Source: an uncultured Spirochaetota bacterium
GTDB lineage: Bacteria > Spirochaetota > Spirochaetia > SZUA-6 > Fen-1364
DNA length: 64,000 nt
Assembly (NCBI GenBank): GCA_963820525.1
Contig: CAWGAA010000003.1
Location: 96,001-160,000, forward strand
Direction of reading: 5' to 3'
The notes beneath the pieces were generated by a model, which was not told the origin of the DNA, searched no databases, and saw only the letters and a program-made list of their open reading frames with translations. Every line of letters begins with the position of its first letter. Position 1 is the first letter of the stretch. Shown one piece after another: positions 9,693 to 18,871 of this stretch. Position numbers and translations under genes: made by a program.

Positions 9693-11183
9693 ATGGCATC
9701 CTATATTCTCGCGTTGGATCAGGGGACGACCAGCTCGCGCGCCATCCTCTTCGATAGGTCGGGGCGAGAGGTCGCAAAGGTCCAGAAGCCTTTCGCCCAG
9801 CATTACCCCCGGCCGGGCTGGGTCGAGCACGACCCCCGGGAGATCAGGGACACCCAGCTCGCATCGGCCCGCGAGGCCATCGCCGCCGCCCGCGTGAAGC
9901 CCTCCGACATCGCCGGCATCGGGATCGCCAACCAGAGGGAGACGGCGGTCTTCTGGGACCGCAGGACGGGCGAGCCCCTCGGTCCGGCCATCGTCTGGCA
10001 GGACAGGCGCACAACCGAGGCGTGCCGCCGGCTGGCGGCGGAAGGGCTCGAGGCGAAAATCAGCCAGAAGACGGGGCTCCTTCTGGATCCCTACTTCTCC
10101 GGCACCAAGATCGCCTGGTTCCTCCAGAACGTTCCCGGCATGAGGCGCAAAGCCCAGGCGGGCGGAGTGTGCTTCGGCACAATCGATTCCTGGCTCATCG
10201 CCTGCCTCACCGGCAAACACCTTACGGACCCGTCCAACGCCTCGCGCACCCTGCTGTTCAACATCCGGGAAGGCACATGGGACAAGGAGATCCTTTCGAT
10301 CCTCGATATCCCCGAGTCGATGCTCCCCCAGGTGGCGCCGTCCGCCTCGATGCTGGGCACGGCCAGGCAGGACGCGCTCGGGGCCGAGATTCCCGTCTGC
10401 GGCTGCCTGGGAGACCAGCAGGCGGCCCTCCTCGGGCAGGCGTGCCTTTCTCCCGGGATGGTCAAGGTCACCTACGGCACGGGATGCTTCAGCCTGGCGA
10501 GCACGGGAAAGAAGGCGGTCGCGTCGAAGAACAGGCTCCTCACCACCGTCGCATGGGACCTTGGCGACGGCCTCGAGTACGCTCTGGAGGGCTCAGTGTT
10601 CATAGGAGGAGCCGTCGTTCAGTGGCTCCGCGACGAGGTTGCCCTTGTCTCCTCGGCCGTCGAGACCGAGGAACGGGCCCGATCGGTGGCCGATACGGGA
10701 GGGGTGTACTTCGTTCCCGCGTTCGTCGGACTCGGGGCGCCGTACTGGGACCCCGAGGCGCGGGGCACGATCCTGGGAATCACCCGCGGGACGAAACGCG
10801 AGCACATCGTGCGGGCAGCCCTGGAGAGCATCGCGTTCCAAACCCGCGACCTCATCGAGGCCATGGAGAAGGACGCAGCAATCGAGATCGCATCGGTGCG
10901 CGTGGACGGCGGGGCCTCTCTCAACGGCTTTCTCATGCAGTTCCAGGCCGACATTCTCGACGCGACGCTGGTTCGGCCGCTGAGTCCCGAGACCACCGCC
11001 CTGGGAGCGGCGTTTGCCGCCGGGCTCACGGCCGGGTTCTGGAAGGACAGGGAAGAGCTATCACGGATCTGGCAGCAGGAGGCGCGTTTCGAGCCCGCGA
11101 TGCGCCCGGAGGAAAGAGCGTCACGTCTCGAGTCATGGAAGCGAGCCGTGAGCGCCGCGCGCGCGTTCGGAACTGGGGCCTGA
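9693..11183 (+). CDS. glpK: Glycerol kinase
   Basis: [64 protein letters not shown]. Confidence 0.97.
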   Translation: MASYILALDQGTTSSRAILFDRSGREVAKVQKPFAQHYPRPGWVEHDPREIRDTQLASAREAIAAARVKPSDIAGIGIANQRETAVFWDRRTGEPLGPAIVWQDRRTTEACRRLAAEGLEAKISQKTGLLLDPYFSGTKIAWFLQNVPGMRRKAQAGGVCFGTIDSWLIACLTGKHLTDPSNASRTLLFNIREGTWDKEILSILDIPESMLPQVAPSASMLGTARQDALGAEIPVCGCLGDQQAALLGQACLSPGMVKVTYGTGCFSLASTGKKAVASKNRLLTTVAWDLGDGLEYALEGSVFIGGAVVQWLRDEVALVSSAVETEERARSVADTGGVYFVPAFVGLGAPYWDPEARGTILGITRGTKREHIVRAALESIAFQTRDLIEAMEKDAAIEIASVRVDGGASLNGFLMQFQADILDATLVRPLSPETTALGAAFAAGLTAGFWKDREELSRIWQQEARFEPAMRPEERASRLESWKRAVSAARAFGTGA

Positions 11184-11202
11184 AGGATTGATTGTGGGGG
11201 AA

Positions 11203-11275
11203 TGCCGCCGATCAGAGTCGAACTGATGACACGTGGATTTTCAGTCCACTGCTCTACCACCTGAGCTACAGCGGC
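11203..11275 (-). tRNA. tRNA-Phe (GAA), CCA not encoded
   Basis: Minus strand GCCGCTGTAGCTCAGGTGGTAGAGCAGTGGACTGAAAATCCACGTGTCATCAGTTCGACTCTGATCGGCGGCA folds as a cloverleaf with anticodon loop CTGAAAA and T-loop TTCGA. Confidence 0.97.
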
Positions 11276-11313
11276 AAAAAACGCTTGCCTGACGCCTCGC
11301 GGCGTCAGCCGCC

Positions 11314-11341
11314 ATAGTATTTGCCGAGGAGAAAAAGTCAA
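11314..11341 (-). promoter_or_regulatory. sigma70-type promoter of tRNA-Phe
   Basis: Minus strand TTGACT-N16-TACTAT followed by a GC-rich discriminator and a short leader hairpin (CTGACGCC-GCGA-GGCGTCAG). Confidence 0.65.
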
Positions 11342-11418
11342 GGGGCCGCGGCGCTTCGGACGCCCCGGCAACTGCTTGCCGATGCCGCCCGCCGATGATA
11401 AGGTACTCAAGCGTCTGT

Positions 11419-12456
11419 ATGCCGTCCCATTTCACGCACCTGATTTTTACCGAGGAGGCCGTGACCGCCGCGCTCGGCGAAGCCGGAAACAGGATTATCG
11501 CCTCATTCGGCAACCTCCTGCGCTTCGGAGCGCAGGGGCCCGATTTCTTCTATCACAATCAGCGAACGGTGCCCACGGGGCTGCGTTACGGGGTTCTCAC
11601 TCATCGCCATGGATACGGCACGCTGGTTGAAAATATGACTAGGGAAGCCCTGCGTCTGAACCTTCCGCCCCAGTCGGAGCTCGCCGCGTTCATCCTCGGC
11701 TTCGCGACTCACGCTCCCCTGGACAGGAGGACGCACCCCTACATCGTCTATCGCGCGGGCTGGGTGGATCCCGAAAAACCGGAAACCCGCCGCTTCTCGA
11801 AATGCCATCCCTTTCTCGAGCGCATCATCGACGTGCTGGTCCTTCGCGAGAGAAGGGGCCAGGGGCTTTCCGACTTCGATTTTCTCTCCCGGGTGCGCTG
11901 CGGCAAAACCCTTCCCTACCCCGTCATCAAGACCATGGTGAAGGGCCTCAACGCCACCTACCCGTCCACGGCTCACAAATCCCGCGACAGGATGAGGATC
12001 GAGAACGCCTACCATGACGCCGTTTTCTTCTACAAGCTCACGAACCACAGGACCCCCGCATGGCGGCTTCTGGCGTTCAAGAAGGATAAAAGGGACGGTT
12101 TCCGCGAGAGGCGGCTGGCCCTGTTCCACCCCGTGGAAGTTCCCGAGGGCTCGGATTTTCTCAATGCGAAGCATGAGAGATGGTGTCACCCCTGCGATGA
12201 AAACGAGATCTCGCATGCTTCCTTCATGGACCTTTATCAGCAAGCCTTGGAGGATGCCGGGGAAGCGGTTCGAGCGGTGTACGATGTGATTTCACGCAAG
12301 GCTTCCCCCGATGGTCTCGGCGACAGGCTGGGAAACCAGAGCCTCGATTCTGGCAGGGAGCACTGCACCCCCCGCTGCTCGGATCCCTTCCCTCTTTCCG
12401 AAATTCTGGACGAGATCTACAGGAAGCTCGAAAAAGAGATGGCCGGGCGCTCCTGA
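11419..12456 (+). CDS. Zinc-dependent phospholipase C/S1-P1-like family protein
   Basis: MPSHFTH N-terminus, GAQGPDFFYH, THRH, GFATHAPLDRRTHPYI and H.FLERIID metal-ligand pattern. Confidence 0.8.
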   Translation: MPSHFTHLIFTEEAVTAALGEAGNRIIASFGNLLRFGAQGPDFFYHNQRTVPTGLRYGVLTHRHGYGTLVENMTREALRLNLPPQSELAAFILGFATHAPLDRRTHPYIVYRAGWVDPEKPETRRFSKCHPFLERIIDVLVLRERRGQGLSDFDFLSRVRCGKTLPYPVIKTMVKGLNATYPSTAHKSRDRMRIENAYHDAVFFYKLTNHRTPAWRLLAFKKDKRDGFRERRLALFHPVEVPEGSDFLNAKHERWCHPCDENEISHASFMDLYQQALEDAGEAVRAVYDVISRKASPDGLGDRLGNQSLDSGREHCTPRCSDPFPLSEILDEIYRKLEKEMAGRS

Positions 12457-12459
12457 ATC

Positions 12460-14505
12460 CTAATGCCCTTCGGCCCCCAGGTATGACATCATTTGCGACA
12501 CATCGTTTGTTGGAAGCGAGCAGGCTCCGCCCCGGCACACGTACGCGGTGGCCCTGCCGTTTATTTCGGTCTGGTACCGGGCAAAGGGAGCCAGCCGGAC
12601 GATATCGGGCTCCGCGCCCGGGGGACGGAAGACAACGGTCTTTCCGGGAGAGAATGCACGCCTGAGCGCCCTGGCCATCAGCCCGGTATCCTCCCGCAGA
12701 GGATCTCCTGCCACCGCGACCTCGATCGGAGGACCGCTGATGAAATCCAGGGCGCTGAAGAAGAAACAGAAGGAAGAGGGGCTTTCATCGAGGGCGCGCG
12801 CGGGATAGAGGCCGAGGATGCCCCCCGCCTTATCCCGGTAGCTCTTGTTGTCCATGAGCCTGCCGAGCTTCGCCAGCACAAGAAGCGCCACGGAGTTTGC
12901 CGACGGAAGCACTCCGTCGGCGAGCGGTTTCCGTCCAGTGGAGGAAGCTCTCTCGAAGTTGTCCGTCAGGAAAAATCCTCCCCTGTTTGGGTCCCAGAAC
13001 CGGGCGACGAGCGAGTCGACCAGGCCCGCCGCCTGCTCGAGGAAGCTCGCCGTGAAGGTGGCCTCATAGAGCTCCAAGAGGCCCCAGGCAAGGTACGCGT
13101 AATCATCGGCGAACGCGGGGATGCCCGACTCTCCGTTGCGGTAGCGATGCATGAGGCTTCCGTCGCGCGCACGCATCCGGGAGAGAACGAAGAGCGCCGC
13201 GTTCGACGCCGCTTCATGCAGCGCGGGCTCGTCGAATGCCCCTCCCGCGCTCGCGAATGCCGCGATGGCAAGGCCGTTCCACCCCGCGAGGATCTTGTCG
13301 TCGCGGAACGGACGCGGCCGCCGCGCGCGCGCCGCGAGGAGCTTCTCCTCTATCGCGCCGGGCGGCGAGGTGTCGGAGGGATCTCTGTGCAGGATGTTCA
13401 TCCCTGAAGCCTGATCGCCAGGCATGGCGAAGTTCCCTTCTTCCCGCACCCGATACCTTCGGCAGAGCTCCGCAAACTCGGCTTCGGTCAGGAGCCCGCG
13501 AGCTTCGGAGGCTTTCCAGAGGTAGAACCTCCCCTCCTCTCCTTCGCTGTCGGCATCCTCGGCAGAGGCGAACCCCCCGCCCGGATCCGTCATGTCCCGA
13601 CGCACGTAGCGGAGGATCTCCTCCGCGGTAGCCCGATAGAAAGCCTTGCCCGTGGCCTGCCATGCCTCGGTGTACGCCAGGGCGAGGAGGGCCTGATCGT
13701 AGAGCATCTTCTCGAAATGGGGGACAAGCCAGCGGCTGTCCGTGGAGTAACGGTGGAAGCCGAACCCGAGCTGGTCATAGATGCCCCCGTTTCGCATCGC
13801 GGTGAGGCTCTTCTCCACGATGGCGAGGGATTTCGGATCTCCGCTGCTTTTCCAGGATCGAAGAAGGAAAAGAAGGATGTCGGGCATGGGAAACTTGGGA
13901 GCGCCGCCGAAGCCTCCATGCTCCTCGTCATGGAGAGACAAGATCCTCGCCGCGACGTTCGAAAGGAAACCGGGGGCAAGGAGCGCTTCGCGGGCTGCCG
14001 CGGGCTCCGCGGGCCGTGCAAGCTCGCGCGCGATTGCCCGCGCCGAATCCGTCAGCCGCGATCGGCTGGTTTTCCACAGCTCGCGGATCCGGGGCACCAG
14101 CTCCAGCATTCCCGGCCTGCCGTATCCGCCCGTCTTCGGTATGTATGTTGCCGCGAAGAACGGCTCCTTTTCGGGGGTCATGACGATGGAGAGCGGCCAG
14201 CCTCCGCTTCCCGTGAGCAGCTGGCAGACTTCCATATAGCGGCCGTCCAGATCGGGGCGCTCCTCCCTGTCCACCTTCACGGAAACGAATGCGTCGTTCA
14301 TCAGCGCCGCCACCTCGGGATCGTCGAAGCATTCCGTTTCCATGACGTGGCACCAGTGGCAGGTGGAGTATCCGATGGAGAGGAAGACCGGCTTGTCCCG
14401 AGCCCGCGCCTCCCCAAAGGCCTCGTCCCCCCAGGGATACCAGTCCACGGGGTTTGACGCGTGCTGCAGCAGATAGGGGCTTCTCTCGTCTTTCAGGCGG
14501 TTCAA
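12460..14505 (-). CDS. Thioredoxin-domain / (alpha/alpha)6 protein (YyaL/SPATA20 family)
   Basis: [74 protein letters not shown]. Likely TTG start at 14505. The ORF-track extension to 14850 is not family-like. Confidence 0.92.
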   Translation of the reverse strand: MNRLKDERSPYLLQHASNPVDWYPWGDEAFGEARARDKPVFLSIGYSTCHWCHVMETECFDDPEVAALMNDAFVSVKVDREERPDLDGRYMEVCQLLTGSGGWPLSIVMTPEKEPFFAATYIPKTGGYGRPGMLELVPRIRELWKTSRSRLTDSARAIARELARPAEPAAAREALLAPGFLSNVAARILSLHDEEHGGFGGAPKFPMPDILLFLLRSWKSSGDPKSLAIVEKSLTAMRNGGIYDQLGFGFHRYSTDSRWLVPHFEKMLYDQALLALAYTEAWQATGKAFYRATAEEILRYVRRDMTDPGGGFASAEDADSEGEEGRFYLWKASEARGLLTEAEFAELCRRYRVREEGNFAMPGDQASGMNILHRDPSDTSPPGAIEEKLLAARARRPRPFRDDKILAGWNGLAIAAFASAGGAFDEPALHEAASNAALFVLSRMRARDGSLMHRYRNGESGIPAFADDYAYLAWGLLELYEATFTASFLEQAAGLVDSLVARFWDPNRGGFFLTDNFERASSTGRKPLADGVLPSANSVALLVLAKLGRLMDNKSYRDKAGGILGLYPARALDESPSSFCFFFSALDFISGPPIEVAVAGDPLREDTGLMARALRRAFSPGKTVVFRPPGAEPDIVRLAPFARYQTEINGRATAYVCRGGACSLPTNDVSQMMSYLGAEGH

Positions 14506-14698
14506 AGCTTGATAAAAGGTACGGATTCGGCGGGGGTGGGGGCAAGCCGGGCGCTTGACTGGAAGCGACGACGCGGTCGGCAGGCAAACGGCGGTGCGGG
14601 AGGCGCCGCGGCGGCAAAGTAGTGAGGCGCCGCCCCAGTCGAAAGAGCGCCGCCAAGGAAGCGCCGCTACTTGCCGATAGCGGCCTGCCGCCGCGGGG

Positions 14699-15589
14699 CT
14701 ATGCCTTCCCGGCCCGCTCCCGCGAAATGCCCAGCGAGTTGTATATCCGCAGCACCGCTTTTGCTCGGTTGAAAGTGTAGAAATGAATCCCCCGCACGCC
14801 GTGATCCAGGAGGTCCAGCACCTGCTCGGTAGCCCAGTGGATCCCCACATTCTCGAAGGAGGTGTCGTCCGAGGCGCGGTTCAGCGCCTTGAGAAGGCGC
14901 GCGGGATAGCAGACGCCCGCCGCCTTGTCGGCCATGGCGACGAGGTTCTTGCGCGAAAGGATGGGCATGATGCCGGCAATGATCGGTACCCTGATTCCGG
15001 CGAGCTCGCAGCGCTCGCAGAAATCGAAGAAGACCCGGTTGTCGAAAAAGAGCTGCGTGCAGATGTAGTCTGCGCCCGCGTCCACCTTTTCCTTGAGCAG
15101 CTCGATCTCCCTCAACCGGTTCGGCGTCGCGGGATGTCCCTCGGGGTAGCCTGCTACCCCGATGCCCATAGCGGGGAACTCCCCGTGGATGAAGCCGACC
15201 AGCTCGCCCGCATGGGCGAACCCGCCCTCGGCGGGCGAAAAACCGGCATCGCCGCGCGGAGGGTCGCCCCTGAGCGCCATCACATTCTCGATCCCGCCCT
15301 CGCGATAGGTGTCGAGGATCCGGCGGATCTCTGAAGCCGACGAGCCGACGCACGTCAGATGCGCGACGACCACGAGGTCCGCACGCGATTGGATCCGAGT
15401 CACCAGCTCGTGCGTCAGGTGGCGGGTGGAGCCGCCCGCGCCATAGGTGACGCTCACGAACGAGGGGTGGAGAGCGGCGAGGCTTGAGATCGTGTCGTAG
15501 AGAAGCCGGGCCGCGTCCGGCGAGCGCGGCGGGAAGAACTCGAAGCTGAACGCGGGCCGATCCCGCTCGAATATCCGCGCTATGTGCAT
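14699..15589 (-). CDS. metF: 5,10-methylenetetrahydrofolate reductase
   Basis: [62 protein letters not shown]. Start MHIARIF at 15589. Confidence 0.95.
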   Translation of the reverse strand: MHIARIFERDRPAFSFEFFPPRSPDAARLLYDTISSLAALHPSFVSVTYGAGGSTRHLTHELVTRIQSRADLVVVAHLTCVGSSASEIRRILDTYREGGIENVMALRGDPPRGDAGFSPAEGGFAHAGELVGFIHGEFPAMGIGVAGYPEGHPATPNRLREIELLKEKVDAGADYICTQLFFDNRVFFDFCERCELAGIRVPIIAGIMPILSRKNLVAMADKAAGVCYPARLLKALNRASDDTSFENVGIHWATEQVLDLLDHGVRGIHFYTFNRAKAVLRIYNSLGISRERAGKA

Positions 15590-15680
15590 GCGCTCCATTC
15601 TATAGCCGCGGGGGGCCATCTCTTCAAGTGGGACTCGCTCGACGTTGACCTCGCCAGATCGCCTCGCTACTATTGCCTCG

Positions 15681-16775
15681 ATGGCGGACAAGAAAGACGA
15701 TCGCCGCGAGAAGCCCGACCCCGCGGGGCGCCGGCGCGCCGACCGTAAAACCGGCATGGATCCCAGCCTGAAGGGTTTCATCAAGGAAACCACCCGGGAC
15801 GCGGGCTACCGCAAGGCGGCCCGGCTTCTCATGATCCTGGGAAAGGATGAGGCGGCAAAGGTCCTGAGCCACCTCTCCCCAAAGGAAGTGGAGGGAATCG
15901 CCCAGGAGATCGCGCGCACCGAGCACATCGACCAGAAGGAAGCCGCGGCAATCCTGGAAGAGTTCGGATATATCCGCCAGACCAAGGACCTCATCGCGAG
16001 CGGCGGGATCGAGAAAGCCGAAGAGATGCTGGTGGCATCCATCGGCAGGGAGCGCGCCGAGGCGATTCTGACCAAGGTGAAAAAGGAGATGGCGCCACCG
16101 CCGTTCTCCTTCCTCATGGACATCGACATCCACCAGACCGTCTCCCTTCTTCGGGAGGAGTCCCCGCCCGTGATCGCGCTCATCATGGCGCACCTGGAGC
16201 CCAAGGTGGCTGCGCGAATCCTCTCGTCCCTCCCGCCGGAAGTCCAGAAGGAGGTCGTGCCGCGGATCGCCAAGATGGGCACGATAGATGCGGAGGTCAT
16301 CCGCAGGGCGGAGGAGACCCTGCGCACGAAGATCAGAGACCAGGGCAAGGTGGTCACCGACGAGGTGAACGGCAAGGCTGCCCTCACCGAGATCCTCAAG
16401 TACATGGATCCCGCCAAGGAACAGGCGATCCTGGAGGAGCTGGAGCCGAACACCGCCAACGAGATCCGAAAATCGCTCTTCACCGCGGAGGTGATCTTCC
16501 AGATCACGGACAAGGACCTTCAAGGCGCGCTTCGCGACTACGCCGACCGCGAGATCGCCCTCATGCTGAAGGGTCAGGGCGACGCCTTCCGCGAGCGCAT
16601 CCTGGCGAATGTCTCGGAGCGCAGGCGCGAGTTCATCCTTTTGGAGATCGAGGGGCTCGGCCTCATCCCCAAGTCGAAGGCGGACTCCGCCCTCGACGAC
16701 TTTCTCGGCTACCTGCAGCTGCTGGAGCAGAAGGGCGAGATCACAATCATGCGCGAGCCGGAAAAATACGTCTAG
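15681..16775 (+). CDS. fliG: Flagellar motor switch protein FliG paralog (FliG1-like)
   Basis: KAARLLMILGK..AAKVLSHL, GGIEKAEEML, PFSFL, EESPPVIALIM, IRKSLFT, and ILANVSERRR, where FliG-C has the NMS.R motif. Located outside any flagellar operon. Confidence 0.85.
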   Translation: MADKKDDRREKPDPAGRRRADRKTGMDPSLKGFIKETTRDAGYRKAARLLMILGKDEAAKVLSHLSPKEVEGIAQEIARTEHIDQKEAAAILEEFGYIRQTKDLIASGGIEKAEEMLVASIGRERAEAILTKVKKEMAPPPFSFLMDIDIHQTVSLLREESPPVIALIMAHLEPKVAARILSSLPPEVQKEVVPRIAKMGTIDAEVIRRAEETLRTKIRDQGKVVTDEVNGKAALTEILKYMDPAKEQAILEELEPNTANEIRKSLFTAEVIFQITDKDLQGALRDYADREIALMLKGQGDAFRERILANVSERRREFILLEIEGLGLIPKSKADSALDDFLGYLQLLEQKGEITIMREPEKYV

Positions 16776-16796
16776 ATCCGCCGGAAGGAGACGGGC

Positions 16797-18095
16797 ATGG
16801 AGAGGGTTTCGATCGCGAACATCGGCGGCGCCGTGGGCCGGGACGTGGAGATCTGGGGCTGGCTGTACAACCTCAGATCAAAGGGAAAGATCGCCTTCCT
16901 CCAGCTGCGCGACGGCACGGGGCGGATCCAGGGCGTCGCGGAGGAGGGCGCCTGCGGGGCCGAGTGCTTCGCGCTGATCGCGGGGCTCAAGATGGAAGCG
17001 TCCGTCAAGGTGCGCGGCCGGGTGCAGGAGGATCCCCGGGCGCCGAGCGGCTACGAGCTCACCGTCTCCGGCCTCGACGTCGTGCAAAACCCGGCGGAGG
17101 ATTATCCCATATCCAAAAAGGAGCACGGCATCGATTTCCTCCTGGAGAACCGCCACCTGTGGCTGCGCTCCAGCAGGCCCGCCGCCATCATGCGCATCCG
17201 CGATCAGGCCATCCATTCATTGCGTACCTTCTTCCATGACAGGGGCTTTATCCTGATAGACACGCCGATCCTCACCGGCTCCATCGGGGAGAGCGCCGGC
17301 ACGCTCTTCACGGTCCCGTACTTCGATCTGGGAAACGCCTACCTCGCCCAGACCGGCCAGCTCTACCTGGAGGCCGCGTGCGCTGCGTATGGCAAGGTCT
17401 TCAACTTCGGCCCCACCTTCCGCGCCGAAAAGTCCAAGACACGGCGGCACCTCACCGAGTTCTGGATGCTCGAGGCCGAAGTGGCCTATGCCGACAACGA
17501 GGACAACATAAGGCTCCAGGAGGACATGGTAAGCGCGGCCGTCGCCGGGGTGCTGGCCAACTGCTCGAAAGAGCTCGAGAGCCTGGAGCGCGACCGGGAG
17601 CCGCTTTCGAAGGTGGCCCCGCCCTTTCACCGCGTGGACTACGGCGAGGCGGTGAAGATCCTGCAGTCAAAGGGAAGCGCCATCTCCTGGGGAGATGACC
17701 TCGGCGGGGAGGACGAGACCATCCTCACGAAGCTCTACGACAAGCCTGTATTCGTGACCAACTACCCCAAGAAGGCCAAAGCCTTCTATATGAAAGAGAA
17801 CCCCGCCAACCCGGAGACGGTCCTCTGCTCGGACCTGCTCGCCCCCGAGGGCTATGGGGAGATCATCGGCGGCTCCCAGCGCGAGGATATTCTGGAGAAG
17901 CTCCTCGCCCGCATCCGTGAGGAGAAGCTCCCTGAAGAGACCTACGGCTGGTATCTGGACCTCCGCAAGTTCGGCACGGTGCCGCACTCCGGGTACGGTA
18001 TGGGGCTCGAGCGGACCCTGGCCTGGATCTGCGGGCTGCAGCACATCAGGGAGAGCATTCCCTTCCCCAGGACGATATCGAGGATATATCCGTAG
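16797..18095 (+). CDS. asnS: Asparagine--tRNA ligase
   Basis: OB-fold GWLYNLRSKGKIAFLQLRDGTG, AYLAQTGQLYLE, motif 2 FRAEKSKTRRHLTEFWMLE, EIIGGSQRE, motif 3 PHSGYGMGLER. Confidence 0.96.
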   Translation: MERVSIANIGGAVGRDVEIWGWLYNLRSKGKIAFLQLRDGTGRIQGVAEEGACGAECFALIAGLKMEASVKVRGRVQEDPRAPSGYELTVSGLDVVQNPAEDYPISKKEHGIDFLLENRHLWLRSSRPAAIMRIRDQAIHSLRTFFHDRGFILIDTPILTGSIGESAGTLFTVPYFDLGNAYLAQTGQLYLEAACAAYGKVFNFGPTFRAEKSKTRRHLTEFWMLEAEVAYADNEDNIRLQEDMVSAAVAGVLANCSKELESLERDREPLSKVAPPFHRVDYGEAVKILQSKGSAISWGDDLGGEDETILTKLYDKPVFVTNYPKKAKAFYMKENPANPETVLCSDLLAPEGYGEIIGGSQREDILEKLLARIREEKLPEETYGWYLDLRKFGTVPHSGYGMGLERTLAWICGLQHIRESIPFPRTISRIYP

Positions 18096-18376
18096 ACAGG
18101 GATGTCGGAGCCGCGCCGAGGCAAGGATGCCGGAAGGTGCGGCATTAGCGCGGTGGAAGCGCAGCGAGCACCGCGCGGCAGGGGCCCCGCGCCGGCAGCT
18201 GTTTGCGAAGCAAACAGCGAGAGGCGTGGGGAAATACTGTCTGAGGGGCGCCGCAGCCCCGCGCCGGCTTGCCGAAGGCAAACGCCGCGAGGATGCCGGA
18301 AGGCGCGGCGCTAGGCCGGCAGCCGCGCCGAGGCAAGGGCTCTGTACAGTGCGGCCAGCGGCAACCGCCGCGAGGT
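18095..18376 (+). repeat. GC-rich palindromic intergenic element with internal direct repeats (most complete copy of a dispersed family)
   Basis: Direct repeats AGCCGCGCCGAGGCAAGG (18109, 18321) and GGATGCCGGAAGG (18125, 18291). Hairpins GACA-GGGA-TGTC, GGCA-AGGA-TGCC, GCTGTTTGC-GAA-GCAAACAGC and TTGCC-GAA-GGCAA. Colinear match to 31715-31770. Confidence 0.75.
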
Positions 18377-18766
18377 TCACTGCTTCACATAAGGACCCGT
18401 GTCAGTGCCAGTTGCCGGGTAGCTGGTCGGTGAAATAGAGTATGAGAAACTCGAGCCGCTTATGGAATAGGTAACAAAGACGGGGCCGCTCGTTCCAGTG
18501 TAATAACCGGTGGCACCAGTGATAGTGCCATGTATGTGATGAGCGGCTTCATCGTATGAGTCGATTGAGATAGTCAGAGTCCCGACAATGGATATTATAA
18601 AAGAATAATTCGAATTCTGCACCCATGAAGTACCGCTCAATGTGAGGGTGTCAGTGCCAATGGGAGCCGTCAAGACCCATGTTCCGGCAAACTCAGGGCC
18701 GCTCGAGCCTATAGACCGCTCCTTTTGGATCGATACTTTGCGATCAACGTGAAATATAGCACACAT
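18377..18766 (-). CDS. AT-richer, Ser/Thr-rich hypothetical protein, possibly a 5'-truncated surface protein or lipoprotein
   Basis: PEFAGTWVLT...TLTLSGTSW beta-strand pattern. Codon usage is unlike the neighbours. No convincing signal peptide or RBS. Confidence 0.45.
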   Translation of the reverse strand: MCAIFHVDRKVSIQKERSIGSSGPEFAGTWVLTAPIGTDTLTLSGTSWVQNSNYSFIISIVGTLTISIDSYDEAAHHIHGTITGATGYYTGTSGPVFVTYSISGSSFSYSISPTSYPATGTDTGPYVKQ

Positions 18767-18871
18767 TAAGGAGAAATGGAGCCAAAGCCCCTCTCTTGGC
18801 TTAGCACCGTGCCTGTGCTATACCTACACAAAATGGGTCAGCTCTTTCACTCCTCAGAAAAGGGAATCGGC

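Noticed and set aside
11184..11275. tRNA-Phe as an island integration site
   Set aside because: Its 3' end abuts convergent glpK. I found no integrase and no duplicated tRNA 3' end in the window.
18095..18376. Possible CRISPR array or T-box/riboswitch
   Set aside because: The repeats are not regularly spaced with unique spacers, and there are no cas genes. The region lies downstream of asnS and lacks a T-box motif or any riboswitch core I recognise.
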